A stretch of 64,000 bases of DNA from Scyliorhinus canicula. Lineage: Eukaryota. The notes under the pieces were generated by a model. The model was given only the letters and a program-made list of their open reading frames with translations, did no database searches and had not been told where the DNA came from. Both the position numbers and the translations under genes were made by a program. The stretch is taken from assembly GCF_902713615.1 (NCBI RefSeq), contig NC_052158.1, positions 39,609,729 to 39,673,728 of the forward strand, read 5' to 3'. Every line of letters starts with the position of its first letter. Position 1 is the stretch's first letter. This document shows, one piece after another, positions 1-12,494 of this stretch.

Positions 1-445
1 GTGCGTAAAACTCTCTTCAATATTCTTAATGATACATTTGGCCGTGGAATTCGAAAGCTGTGCTATCCGTGATGGTTAGAAAAGTAGCCGACTACCAGAG
101 CGTTTTCCTTTCAATTCAAGTGAAAGAGATCCACGACAAATGTCTGCCATGGAGTTGTGACGATCTCACCCATCTGCATCAGCTTTTTGCTTTGTTTACG
201 GTGAAACTTTTGACAGGTTTCACAGTTATCCACCCTCACTTCAATATTGTGGTTTACCCCTGGCCAATAAACTGCATCCCTGGCTCTGCGCTTGCACTTT
301 TCCATCCCCAAGTGCCCTCCATGGAGTTTCATTAGGGTCATCGACATTAATGACTGTGGGATCACAATCCGTTGTTTCCGCAGCAAAAATCAATTCACAT
401 CACTTAACTCTACTTGTACATTGTAAAAACGTGAGCAGGAACCTT
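1..445 (-). mobile_element. Gypsy (Ty3) pol fragment, integrase zinc-binding region
   Basis: ORF 111-386(-) reads IVIPQSL...LHGGHLGMEKCKRRARDAVYWPG...CETCQ...PWQTFVVDLFHLN, the H-H-C-C integrase zinc-binding region and the start of the core. It is truncated and runs off the window edge. Confidence 0.85.
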
Positions 446-485
446 TGGGCCATCCGTTGTGGAGATATCCCCTCAGCAAGACAGT

Positions 486-1030
486 GGCCGGGATTCTCCG
501 GTATCTGGCGGGCAGGCCATACCGGTGCCAAAGAGTGGCGTGAACCACTCCGGGGTCGGGCCGCCCAGAAGGTGCAGAATCCTCCGCATCTTCGGGGTCT
601 AGGCCGGCACTGGAGTGATTGGCGCCGCACCAAAGGCCGCCAAAGGGCTTCCGCCGGCCGGCGCAAATTGGCGCATGTGCAGGAGTGCCAGCATGTTCCC
701 AGAACCGTTGGCATGATTCCGGCGCATGCGAAGGGGGTTTCTTCTCCGCGCCGGCCATGGTGGAGCTTTACAGCGGCCTGCGCAGAGGGAAAGAGTGCCC
801 CCATGGCATAGATACGCCCGCAGATCGGCGGGCCCCGATCGCGGGCCGGGCCACCGTGGGCCCCCCCGGGGCCAGATCCCCCCGCGCCCCCCGAGGAATC
901 CGCAGGCCACCCACTCGGCCCATCGCGGAGCGGAGAATCGCCGGTGGGGGGGGGGGGGGGGGGGGGGCTGCTGCCAACGGCTCCCGACCGGCGCGGAGCG
1001 ATTCACGAGGTCAGTCAACAGCTCATTACG
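486..1030. mobile_element. GC-rich non-autonomous TIR element (MITE-like), same family as 61124-61730
   Basis: Begins GGCCGGGATTCTCC and contains GCGGAGAATC near 935. The internal sequence is visibly alignable with 61124-61620. Right boundary uncertain. Confidence 0.6.
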
Positions 1031-1034
1031 CTGG

Positions 1035-4000
1035 CGGAGGAGTGAGCTGTGGCTGCCGGGATGACAAGGAAAGGGGATGTGCTGGGTGACGGAGGAGTGA
1101 GCTGTGGCTGCCGGGATGACAAGGAAAGGGGATGTGCTGGGTGACTGTGCAGTGAGCTGTGGCTGCTGGGGTGACCAGGAAAGGGGATGTGCTGGGTGAC
1201 GGAGGAGTGAGCTGTGGCTGCCGGGATGACAAGGAAAGGGGCTGTGCTGGGTGACTGTGCAGTGAGCTGGGGCTGCTGGGGTGACCAGGAAAGGGGATGT
1301 GCTGGGTGACGGGGGAGTGAGCTGGGGCTGCCGGGGTGACCAGGAAAGGGGATGTGCTGGGTGACGGGGGAGTGAGCTGGGGCTGCCGGGGTGACCAGGA
1401 AAGGGGATGTGCTGGGTGATGGAGGAGTGAGCTGGGGCTGCTGGGGTGACCGGGAAAGGGGATGTGCTGGGTGACGGTGCAGTGAGCTGGGGCTGCTGGG
1501 GTGACCAGGAAAGGGGATGTGCTGGGTGATGGGGGAGTGAGCTGGGGCTGCTGGGGTGACCAGGAAAGGGGATGTGCTGGGTGATGGGGGAGTGAGCTGG
1601 GGCTGCTGGGGTGACCAGGAAAGGGGATGTGCTGGGTGACGGGGGAGTGAGCTGGGGCTGCTGGGGTGACCAGGAAAGGGGATGTGCTGGGTGATGGGGG
1701 AGTGAGCTGGGGCTGCTGGGGTGACCAGGAAAGGGGATGTGCTGGGTGACGGGGGAGTGAGCTGGGGCTGCTGGGGTGACCAGGAAAGGGGATGTGCTGG
1801 GTGACGGAGGAGTGAGCTGGGGCTGCTGGGGTGACCAGGAAAGGGGATGTGCTGGGTGATGGAGGAGTGAGCTGGGGCTGCTGGGATGACCAGTAAAGGG
1901 GATGTGCTGGGTGATGGAGGAGTGAGCTGGGGTTGCTGGGGTGACCAGGAAATGGGATGTGCTGGGTGATGGAGTGAGCTGGGGCTGCCGGGGTAACCAG
2001 GAAAGGGGATGTGCTGGGTGACGGAGGAGTGAGCTGGGGCTGCTGGGGTGGCCAGGACAGGGGATGTACTGGGTGACAGAGTGAGCTGGGGCTGCTGGGG
2101 TGACCAGGAAAGGGGATGTGCTGGGTGATGGAGGAGTGAGCTGGGGCTGCTGGGGTGACCAGGAAAGGGGATGTGCTGGGTGACGGAGGAGTGAGCTGGG
2201 GCTGCTGGGGTGACCGGGAAAGGGGATGTGCTGGGTGACGGAGGGGTGAGCTGGGGCTGTTGGGGTGACCAGGAAAGGGGATGTGCTGGGTGACGGAGGA
2301 GTGAGCTGGGGCTGCTGAGGTGACAGGAAAGGGGATGTGCTGGGTGATGGAAGAGTGAGCTGGGGCTGCTGGCGTGACAGGAGAGGGGATGTGCTGGGTG
2401 ATGGAGGAGTAAGCTGTGGCTGCCGGGGTGACCAGGAAAGGGGATGTGCTGGGTGACGGAGGAGTGAGCTGGGGCTGCTGGGGTGACCAGGAAAGGGGAT
2501 GTGCTGGGTGACGGTGCAGTGAGCTGGGGCTGCTGGGGTGACCAGGAAAGGGGATGTGCTAGGTGATGGAGGAGTGAGCTGGGGCTGCTGGGATGACCAG
2601 TAAAGGGGATGTGCTGGGTGATGGAGGAGTGAGCTGGGGTTGCTGGGGTGACCAGGAAAGGGGATGTGCTGGGTGATGGAGTGAGCTGGGGCTGCCGGGG
2701 AAACCAGGAAAGGGGATGTGCTGGGTGACGGAGGAGTGAGCTGGGGCTGCTGGGGTGGCCAGGACAGGGGATGTACTGGGTGACAGAGTGAGCTGGGGCT
2801 GCTGGGGTGACCAGGAAAGGGGATGTGCTGGGTGATGGAGGAGTGAGCTGGGGCTGCTGGGGTGACCAGGAAAGGGGATGTGCTGGGTGACGGAGGAGTG
2901 AGCTGGGGCTGCTGGGGTGACCGGGAAAGGGGATGTGCTGGGTGACGGAGGGGTGAGCTGGGGCTGCTGGGGTGACCAGGAAAGGGGATGTGCTGGGTGA
3001 CGGAGGAGTGAGCTGGGGCTGCTGAGGTGACAGGAAAGGGGATGTGCTGGGTGATGGAAGAGTGAGCTGGGGCTGCTGGCGTGACAGGAGAGGGGATGTG
3101 CTGGGTGATGGAGGAGTAAGCTGTGGCTGCCGGGGTGACCAGGAAAGGGGATGTGCTGGGTGACGGAGGAATGAGCTGGGGCTGCTGGGGTGACCAGGAA
3201 AGGGGATGTGCTGGGTGACGGGCAGTGAGCTGGGGCTGCTGGGGTGACCAGGAAAGGGGATGTGCTGGGTGATGGAGGAGTGAGCTGGGGCTGCTGGGGT
3301 GACCAGGAAAGGGGATGTGCTGGGTGATGGAGGAGTGAGCTGGGGCTGCTGGGGTGACCAGGAAAGGGGATGTGCTGGGTGACGGAGGAGTAAGCTGTGG
3401 CTGCCGGGGTGACCAGGAAAGGGGATGTGCTGGGTGACGGGGGAGTGAGCTGGGGCTGCTGGGGTGACCAGGAAAGGGGATGTGCTGGGTGACGGAGGAG
3501 TGAGCTGGGGCTGCTGGGGTGACCAGGAAAGGGGATGTGCTGGGTGATGGAGGAGTGAGTTGGGGCTGCTGGGATGACAAGTAAAGGGGATGTGCTGGGT
3601 GATGGAGGAGTGAGCTGGGGTTGCTGGGGTGACCAGGAAAGGGGATGTGTTGGGTGATGGAGTGAGCTGGGGCTGCCGGGGTAACCAGGAAAGGGGATGT
3701 GCTGGGTGACCGAGGAGTGAGCTGGGGCTGCTGGGGTGGCCAGGACAGGGGATGTACTGGGTGACAGAGTGAGCTGGGGCTGCTGGGGTGACCAGGAAAG
3801 GGGATGTGCTGGGTGACGGAGGAGTGAGCTGGGGCTGCTGGGGTGACCAGGAAAGGGGATGTGCTGGGGGACGGAGGAGTGAGCTGGGGCTGCTGGGGTG
3901 ACCGGGAAAGGGGATGTGCTGGGTGACGGAGTGAGCTGGGGCTGCTGGGGTGACCAGGAAAGGGGATCTGCTGGGTGACGGAGGAGTGAGCTGGGGCTGC

Positions 4001-4372
4001 TGAGGTGACAGGAAAGGGGATGTGCTGGGTGATGCAAGAGTGAGCTGGGGCTGCTGGCGTGACAGGAGAGGGGATGTGCTGGGTGATGGAGGAGTAAGCT
4101 GTGGCTGCCGGGGTGACCAGGAAAGGGGATGTGCTGGGTGACGGAGGAATGAGCTGGGGCTGCTGGGGTGACCAGGAAAGGGGATGTGCTGGGTGACGGT
4201 GCAGTGAGCTGGGGCTGCTGGGGTGACCAGGAAAGGGGATGTGCTGGGTGATGGAGGAGCGAGCTGGGGCTGCTGGGGTGACCAGGAAAGGGGATGTGCT
4301 GGGTGATGGAGGAGTGAGCTGGGGCTGCTGGGGTGACCAGGAAAGGGGATGTGCTGGGTGACGGAGGAGTAG
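1035..4372 (+). repeat. G-rich 55-bp tandem repeat (about 60 units)
   Basis: Unit GTGACCAGGAAAGGGGATGTGCTGGGTGATGGAGGAGTGAGCTGGGGCTGCTGGG. It accounts for the 1280, 1128 and 683 aa Pro/Ser/His-rich ORFs. Confidence 0.97.
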
Positions 4373-5330
4373 GCGCTGGGTGACACACCACAAGTTGGCA
4401 CATCGCGCAGTTGTGTATGTCTGGCTTGCGGCCGATGCCATCCGAAACCTCTAAATGGTCGTTCTCAGACCCAATGGCACCCGCAGTTTGGTGGACCCTC
4501 AGGTGTGTGGTGGTGTCCTGTCTGAGCGAACCCCTGCCTGTACAGAATTCCACATTGTCCCCTAACCCCGAAACCTTCCTCGGAAGCTGGTGCCCCACAA
4601 TCCGAGACACCTCATGGAAATGCCTTCCATGCCCTTTTTCACTGGGCAGAGGGTTTCCTTGCAGGCTGCTGCTGCACAGGCTTCACCTCCTTTCCCTCAC
4701 CCATCACCAGGCAGCTTGTTGCCCTCTGGCAGCGCAGGTCCCCACAGGACCTCTTCTATGGAGCACTCTTCCCCCTCAACCTTGGGGACCTGGAGTGGAG
4801 GCTGGTGCATGTAGCCGTACCGTACAACCACCGACTGATTGCACCGGTTCGCAGACTCCCAAGAAGCCCCGTATATCTGGGGCCTTGTGTAGTCATGGAT
4901 CATGTCTTTGTTGCGTGTTAGAGGCTGCACCCCCCCCCCTTTAGTTTTCTGACAAACCTTATGTTGAAGCTTTTGTTACACTTCAGCCCCACGCTCCTAA
5001 TCTGGAGGCACCCGGTGTGGGGATGGTTGGGGAAAGCGGAGGTCCTCCTCATGAACCTGCTCCTGGGCCAGACAAAACTTGCCATTTACTAGTCCAGGAG
5101 CTGGTCAACCGAGGGGGTCGTCCGACCCGAGTGCCTGCCCCAATGCTATATTCATGGCCGGGTGTCCCTGGAAATGGAGTGTGTGGCGTACACAGGCAGC
5201 ATTCAGGCCTTCCATGCCTGGTGGGCACCGCAGGGGCTGGAGTGTTTCACAGACCCTGTTAATCGCTGTTTGATTTGATCTTCTTAAGTTTCCGTTGATC
5301 TTTGTTTCATTCCGGCAGTGCCCCTATCAG
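4373..5330 (+). mobile_element. Tx1-like (L1-related) non-LTR retrotransposon, degraded 3' end of ORF2
   Basis: Manual translation gives LGDLEWRLVHVAVPYNHRL...MDHVFVAC*RLHP and KLAIY*SRS...GRVSLEME...FHAWWAPQGLEC, resembling the Tx1 ORF2 C-terminal GDLxWR/CCHC region. Stops and frameshifts are present. Confidence 0.65.
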
Positions 5331-5384
5331 GAGCGGCCCCTTTTTCTTTGTCCCTAAGTTCGTTTCTTTTCATGTACTTGATTT

Positions 5385-5612
5385 TTTTTTCTTTTTTTTA
5401 ATATAAATTTAGAGTACCCAATTCATTTTTTCAATGAAGGGCCAATTTAGTGTGGCCAATCCACCTGCCCTGCACATCTTTGGGTTGTGGGGATGAAACC
5501 CACGCAAACACGGGGAGAATGTGCAAACTCCACACAGACAGTGATCCAGAGCAAGGATCGAACCTGGGACCTTGCTGCTGTGAGGCAGCAGTGCTAACCA
5601 TTGCACCACCAT
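5385..5612 (-). mobile_element. HE1-type tRNA-derived SINE
   Basis: The reverse complement starts ATGGTGGTGCAATGGTTAGCACTGCTGCCTCACAGC...GGTTCGATCC (A/B-box head), carries the GTGTGGAGTTTGCACATTCTCCCCGTG core and ends in an A-rich tail. Confidence 0.85.
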
Positions 5613-6114
5613 ATACTGGCCCTCTTCATATACTTGATTGACCTAAATGAGTTTAAGTTTGCTCTGAGATTAAGTTTAATTACTATTTACCCCTTACAAC
5701 TTACCCTTGAACTCCCCGTTTTTCACCCAAAACCACTCTGATTTAGCCAAGGGGATTTTCACAGTAACTTCATTGAAGCCTACTTGTGACAATAAGCAAT
5801 TAAATAAATTAAAATAAGTTTTTTTTAAAATAGAATTTTTATTGGAATTTTTTACAGAAAATATAAAACATAACGACAAACAATGAAATGCAACAAAATA
5901 ACCCATAATAACCGTACCACCCTCTGACCGTATCGACGCATGTATCCCATCCCCCACCCCCCAACCCCAATGAACAACAAAAGAACTTCAAAATAAATTT
6001 AAATTAAATAAACAAACATAGTCATCGTCCGCCCCCCCCACCTTTTCCCTCCCCCTTCCCCCCCTCCCCCCCCCCTCCCTCCCCCCGGGATGCTGCTGCT
6101 ACTGTCCCTGTACC

Positions 6115-9100
6115 CTATCGTTGAGCCAGAAAGTCGAGGAAAGGTTGCCACCGCCTAAAGAACCCTTGTACCGACCCTCTCAGGGCAAATTTGACCTTCT
6201 CTAGCTTAATGAAACCCGCCATGTCATTGATCCAGGTCTCCATGCTTGGGGGCCTCGCATCCTTCCATTGCAGCAAGATCCTCCGCCGGGCTACTAGGGA
6301 CGCAAAGGCCAGCACACCGGCCTCTTTCGCCTCCTGCACTCCCGGCTCCACCCCAACCCCAAAAATCGCGAGTCCCCATCCTGGCTTGACCCTGGATCCC
6401 ACCACCCTCGACACTGACCTCGCCACCCCCTTCCAGAACTCCACCAACGCTGGGCATGCCCAGAACATATGGGCATGGTTCGCTGGACTCCCTGAGCACC
6501 TGAGAGACCTGTCTTCACCCCCAAAGAACCTACTCATCCTTGTCCCAGTCATGTGGGCCCGGTGCAGCACCTTGAATTGGATGAGGCTAAGCCGCGCACA
6601 CGAGGAGGAAGAATTAACCCTCTCCAGGGCATCAGCCCATGTCCCGTCTTCGATCTGTTCCCCCAGTTCCCCCTCCCACTTAGCTTTCAGCTCCTCTACT
6701 GACGCCTCCTCTGCCTCCTGCATAACCTTGTAGATATCAGATATCTTCCCCTCTCCGACCCAGACCCCCGAAAGCACCCTGTCGCTCACCCCCCTCGCGG
6801 GAAGCGAAGGGAATCCCTCCACCTGCCGCCTAGCAAATGCCTTTACCTGCAAATACCTGAACATGTTCCCCGGGGGGAGCCCAAATTTCTCCTCCAACTC
6901 CCCCAGGCTCGCAAACCTCCCATCAATAAACAGGTCCCTCAGCTGTCTGATGCCCGCTCTGTACCAACCCTGAAATCCCCCATCAATGTTCCCCGGGACG
7001 AACCTATGGTTCCCCCTTAACGGAGCCTCCATCGAGCCCCCCACTTCTCCCCTATGTCGCCTCCACTGCCCCCAAATCTTGAGGGTAGCCGCCACCACCG
7101 GACTCGTGGTATACCTCGTAGGAGGGAGCGGCCACGGCGCCGTTACCAAGGCCCCCAGGGTTGTATCTCCACAGGATGCCCTCTCCATCCGTTTCCATGC
7201 TGCCCCCTCCCCCTCCATCACCCACTTACGCACCATCGACACATTGGCCGCCCAATAATACCCCGAGAGATTGGGTAACGCCAGCCCCCCCCATCTCTAC
7301 CCCGCTCCAAGAAGACCCTCTTCACCCTCGGGGTCCCATGCGCCCAAACAAAGCTCATGATGCTGCTCGTAACCCTTCTAAAAAAGGCCCTAGGGATAAA
7401 GATGGGCAAACACTGAAAAAAGAACATGAACCTCGGGAGAACCGTCATTTTGATGGACTGCACTCTACCCGCCAACGATAGCGGCACCATGTCCCACCTT
7501 TTAAATTCCTCTTCCATCTGCTCCACCAGCCTGGTAAAATTAAGCTTATGGAGAGTCCCCCAACTCCTGGCCACCTGCACCCCCAGGTATCTGAAACTCT
7601 TCACTGCCCTCTTAAATGGGAGTCTCCCAATTTCCCTCCTCCTGTTCACCCGGGTGTACTACAAATACCTCACTCTTGCCTAAATTTAACTTATAGCCCA
7701 AGAAGCCCCCAAATTCCGCTAACAGCTCCATCACCCCCGGCATTTCCCCTTCTGGATCCGCCACATACAACAGCAGGTCGTCCGCATACAGCGATACACG
7801 ATGTTCCTCCCCACCCCGCACCAGACCCCTCCATCTCCCTGACTCCCTCAACGCCATAGCCAAAGGTTCAATCGCCAGTGCAAAGAGCAAGGGGGACAGG
7901 GGGCACCCCTGCCTGGTCCCACGGTAGAGCCTAAAGTACTCCGATCTCCTTCCATTTGTAACTACACTCGCCATCGGGGCCTCATAGAGCAACCTCACCC
8001 ATTTGATGAATCCCTCCCCGAATCCGAACCGCTCCAGCACCTCCCACAGGGACCCCCACTCAACTCTATCAAACGCTTTCTCCGCATCCAGCGCCAGCCA
8101 CTATCTCCGCCTCCCCCTCCACTGCCGGCATCATAATAACATTTAGCAGTCTCCGCACATTCGTGTTGAGCTGCCGTCCCTTGACAAATCCTGTCTGATC
8201 CTCGTGTATCACCCCTGGCACACAGTCCTCTATCCTGGTGGCCAGGATCTTCGCCAGCAACTTAGCGTCAACATTGAGGAGCGAGATAGGCCTGTATGAT
8301 CCACACTGCAAGGGGTCCTTATCCCGCTTTAGGATCAGAGAGATCAGTGCCCGCGACATCGTCGGGGGCAAAGCCCCCCCCCTCCCATGCCTCATTGAGA
8401 GCTCACACCAACAGGGGACCCACCAGATCCGCATACTTCTTATAAAATTCCACCGGGAACCCGTCCGGCCCCGGCGCCTTACCTGACTGCATTTGTCCAA
8501 TCCCCCTGACTAGCTCCTCCAACTCTATCGGCGCCCCCAGCCACTCTACCAGCTCCTCTTGAACCCTTGGGAAACATAGCCTGTTCACGAAGCTCTCCAT
8601 CCCCCCTCTCCCCATCGGAGGTTCTGACCGGTACAGTTCCTCGTAGAAGTCCCTAAAGACCCCATTTACTTCTGTCCCGTTCTGCACTACATTCCCACCC
8701 CTACCGTCACTCCACCAATTTCCCTAGCCGCATCTCGCCTGCGGAGCTGATGCGCCAACATCCTGCTCGCCTTCTCCCCATACTCATATACCGTGCCCTG
8801 CGCCCTCCTCCACTGTGTCTCCGCCTTTCTGGTGGTCAACAAGTCAAATTTGGCCTGCAAACTACGCCGTTCCCCCAGCAACCCCTCCTCCGGTGCCTCC
8901 GCGTATCTCCTGTCCACATCCAGGAGCTCCACCAGTCTCTCCCTCTCCTTCCTCTCCCTCCTTTCCCTATGGGCCCGGATGGAGATCAGCACCCCCCAGA
9001 TCACTGCTTTCAGAGCCTCCCAGACCATCCCCACCCGGACCTCCCCCGTGTCGTTGGTATCAAGATACCCCTCAATACTTCCCCGGACCCTCCTACACAC

Positions 9101-9907
9101 CTCCTCATCAGCCAGCAGCCCCACATCCAGGCGCCAGAGCGGGCGCTGATCCCGCGCCTCCCCCATCTCCAGATCAACCTAGTGCGGAGCATGGTCTGAG
9201 ATCGCTATGGCCGAATACTCGGCATCCTGCACCTTCGGGATCAATCCCCTGCTCAGGATGAAAAAATCTATTCGGGAATAGACCCTATGGACATGGGAGA
9301 AAAAGGAATACTCCCGCGCTCTCGGCCTCCCAAACCTCCAGGGATCCACCCCTCCCATCTGGTCCATAAACCCCCTCAGCACTTTGGCTGCCGCCGGTCT
9401 CCTCCCCGTCCTTGAACTGGACCGGTCCAGTGGGGGATCCAGCACTGTGTTAAAGTCTCCCCCCATGATCAGGCCCCCTGCCTCCAGGTCCGGAATGCGG
9501 CCCAACAAGCGCCTCATGAAGCCAGCATCATCCCAATTCGGGGCATATACATTAACCAGCACCACCTTCTCTCCCTGCAGCCTACCCTTCACCATAAGAT
9601 ATCTGCCCTCCTTGTCCGACACCACCTCAGCCGCCTTGATCGCCACCCTCTTCCCCACCAGAATCGCCACCCCCCGGTTCTTCGCGTCCAATCCTGAGTG
9701 AAAAACCTGCCTCACCCACCCCTTCCTCAGGCGAACCTGGTCCGCCACCTTCAAGTGGGTCTCCTGGAGCATAGCCACGTCCGCCTTCAGCCCCTTCAGA
9801 TGAGAAAATACCCTAGTTCTCTTAACCGGCCCATTCAGCCCCCTCACGTTCCTGGTAATCAGCCGGATCAGAGGGCAACCTGCCCCTCTCCCCCGCCGGC
9901 TAGCCAT
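6115..9907 (-). pseudogene. L1 ORF2p (AP endonuclease, reverse transcriptase, C-terminal CCHC), frameshifted
   Basis: APE motifs NVRGLN, LQETH, GGDFN, SRID, SDH (9179-9907). RT motifs YRPISLLNVDAK, GTRQGCPLSP, LYADD (7612-8500), YLG and KMTVLPR (7218-7649). C-terminus at 6115-7242. Confidence 0.9.
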
Positions 9908-10546
9908 AGCTTATCGACTGCTCGCCCCAGGCCAGCTCGCCCCGCCTGACCCGTTCCCCATGGCGATAACGCCTCTCCTCTACCCCCCCAGCCCACGCCA
10001 GCTCCTTCCTGGCCATTCCAGCAGCAACCCGGTATCCCCCCCCCACCCCCCCAGGCTAGGACCCCTCCTAGCCGCGACGCACCCTCCATGGTACTTCCGT
10101 GAGTCAGCTGACTTCTGCTGACCCGGCAGCTCCTGCCAAAACCCATCTCCTCCCGGCATGGGGTCACCTCCCTCTTGCCACACCTCCTTGGCACCGCTTC
10201 AGCGCGGGAAAGAAAACCCAGTAGAGGCCACGCCCCCACCGCCAGCTCCACCCCCACTGCCCCGCAGCGCGGGAAACCAGAGGAAAGCCCGCGCTTTCAC
10301 ACTGCCACACCCCACCCTTCTGACGCAGCTCCCCAAAATCCAGTTTCACCCCAACCCCCAGCCCCGTACAGAAGAGAATATATAAAGCACATACCCCCAA
10401 CGTTCCCCACGTACCCCACACCCATACCCAACAGATAAACCCACCCGGAAACAGAGCAAAAAGAGAAGCAGTATAAAAAAAACACGTGTCAAAATTGAAG
10501 AACAGCAACAGCGAAAACAGCAACGGCCATAGTGTGTCCCCAGACA

Positions 10547-11392
10547 CTAGTTCGAGTCCAGCTTCTCCGCCTGTACAAAGGCCCATGCCTCCTCCGGGGA
10601 CTCGGAGTAGTGGTGCCGGTCCTTATATGTCACCCACAGATGCGCAGGCTGCAGCATTCCAAATCTGACCTGCTTGGCATGCAGCACTGCCTTCGTCCGG
10701 TTGAACCCGGCCCGCCGCTTTGCCACCTCCGCACTCCAGTCCTGGTAGATTCGTACTACCGAATTCTCCCACTTGCTGCTCCTCTCTTTCTTGGCCCAGT
10801 GCAGCACACACTCCCAGTCACTAAATCGATGGAACCGCACCAGCACCGCCCGCAGGGGTTCATTTGCCTTAGGCCTCCTGGCCAGCACTCTGTGAGCTCC
10901 CTCCAGCTCCAGGGGCAAATGGAAGGACCCCGTTCCCATCAACGAGCTCAACATCGTGGTCACGTACCACGGGAGATCCGACCCCTCCAGCCCCTCTGCC
11001 AGGCCCAGGAACCTCAAATTCTTTCGCCTCGTGCGAACGTCCAGCTCCTCCAAGCGGTCTTGCCACTTTTTGTGAAGTGCCTCGTGCAACTCCACTTTCC
11101 CCACGAGGACCACGGCCTCCTCCTCCCACTCTGCGGCCTGCTGCTGCAACTCCCGGATAGACACCTCCTGGGCCGCCTGAGCTCCAAGCAGCTTGTTGGT
11201 AGTCGCATTCAGTGAGTCCAGCAACTCAGCCTTCAGCTCCGCAAAACAGCGCAGAAGAGCAGCTTGCTGCTCCTGCGCCCACTTCTACCAGTCCTCGGGT
11301 GTTCCGCCGGCCGCCATTTTGTCCTTCTTCCCCCGCTTTTCTTGTGGAGCTGCTGCAGCTTTTTCCTTTGACCCACTCCGGGTGAGCACCAT
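10547..11392 (-). pseudogene. L1 ORF1p (coiled coil + RRM/CTD, Transposase_22-like), one internal stop
   Basis: RRKNLRFLGLAEGLEG...LEGAHR...RAVLVRFHRF...VRIYQDWSAEVAKRRAGF. The upstream ATG (MVLTRSGSKEK) is separated from the tracked ORF by a TAG. Confidence 0.85.
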
Positions 11393-11502
11393 AAATTATG
11401 GGGAATGCTCCTCTAGACACCTTCCCCCACTGGGATGCGTCGAGACAGCGCCGTTTGGGGCCCTCAAATCGGCCCAAAAGTCCTTAAGTAGCGGGAGCTG
11501 CT

Positions 11503-12170
11503 AGCCGCAACTGCAAAGCCGGTTTTCTGACCGCTCCACTCCTAGTCCAGGCCATCCACCGGTGGAGAATCTGAGAAGGAGTGTTCCCACACGGGGAAAA
11601 GCCCAAACAGCACCACTACGAGCCCTTAAAAGAGCCCCAAAGTCCGAAAATAGTGGGAGCCACTGAACGTGCGGCTTAGCTCCGCATCACAGCTACCGGA
11701 ACTCCGTCTCCGCTTCTTCAATGGCCTTGGTGAGATCTTTTCACAGTTCGTCCCTCTGCTGCTAGAATTCAGCTTTCATAAAGGCCCTCAGGTCAGCTTG
11801 AGACCTATAAGCTGACCCTTCCCCCGTCTGCATGCTTGCAGAGGCTTTTGTTTGTTGCTGTTCAGACAAATCTTGCACTGTTTCTGAGGGTCTGATAACC
11901 AAGAAACATCCTATTCCTGGGGGAAAATACTCCTTGAACATTCACCCACGCCTTTTCATCGAAATTCCAACCCGTGCTGCCCAAAAAAGAGCTCTTTTCT
12001 GCAACCTTAGGCAGGAGCTGCCTCTGTGTGCTCACTCACTTCATGATGCACACAGGAAGTCCCAAATTAAAATAAGTTAAGCGGCCCTCACCGTGAAGTG
12101 TTTTGTGCGATTTTCTTAGTTTCACTTTTGCTTTTGAGCAGAACGCACACACAGCTCTGCTGCTGTTGTC
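11503..12170 (-). mobile_element. Two additional L1 5'UTR/ORF1 N-terminal fragments
   Basis: 11503-11706 holds a 5'UTR paralogous to 11440-11500 plus an ORF1 start MAWTRSGAVRK. 11706-12170 encodes SQADLRAFMKAEF*QQRDEL*KDLTKAIEEA, a coiled-coil-like ORF1 N-terminus. Confidence 0.5.
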
Positions 12171-12494
12171 TTCAAGCTTTCTATCCATGTACACCTGTTC
12201 TCATGGTCACAGACTTAATAAGTAAACTCACAATGTATTTTACCCAATCCCTCTGAGTGATAGATGCCTTTCTGTCACTATAACAACAGAAACCCTGCAG
12301 ATTTGCAACTGCTACACAACACCACACAGCTGAAAGAATGAGCTACTAAAAAGATCATCAATTGACTGAAACTTCTAATAACCAATACAATTCCTTCCGG
12401 TCCATCACCCTGATTATTCACAGAATCCAAATTGTCTGTTTCTAAGGTTACCTCAAAGATTCATTTTTTGCATTTCAGACAATTCGACGCATAA

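Larger units (their letters stand above)
5817..11500 (-). mobile_element. Near full-length L1-clade LINE (ORF1 + APE-RT ORF2), inactivated
   Basis: ORF1 at about 11392-10547, ORF2 pieces from 9907 to 6115, and AATAAA plus an A-rich tail at about 5817-5850 on the minus strand. Confidence 0.92.

Noticed and set aside
599-4610. 1280, 1128 and 683 aa Pro/Ser/His-rich ORFs resembling a mucin or extensin
   Set aside because: The period is 55 bp (not a multiple of 3) and all three minus frames are open with the same rotating text. This is a stop-free strand of a satellite, and the listed coordinates and lengths are mutually inconsistent.
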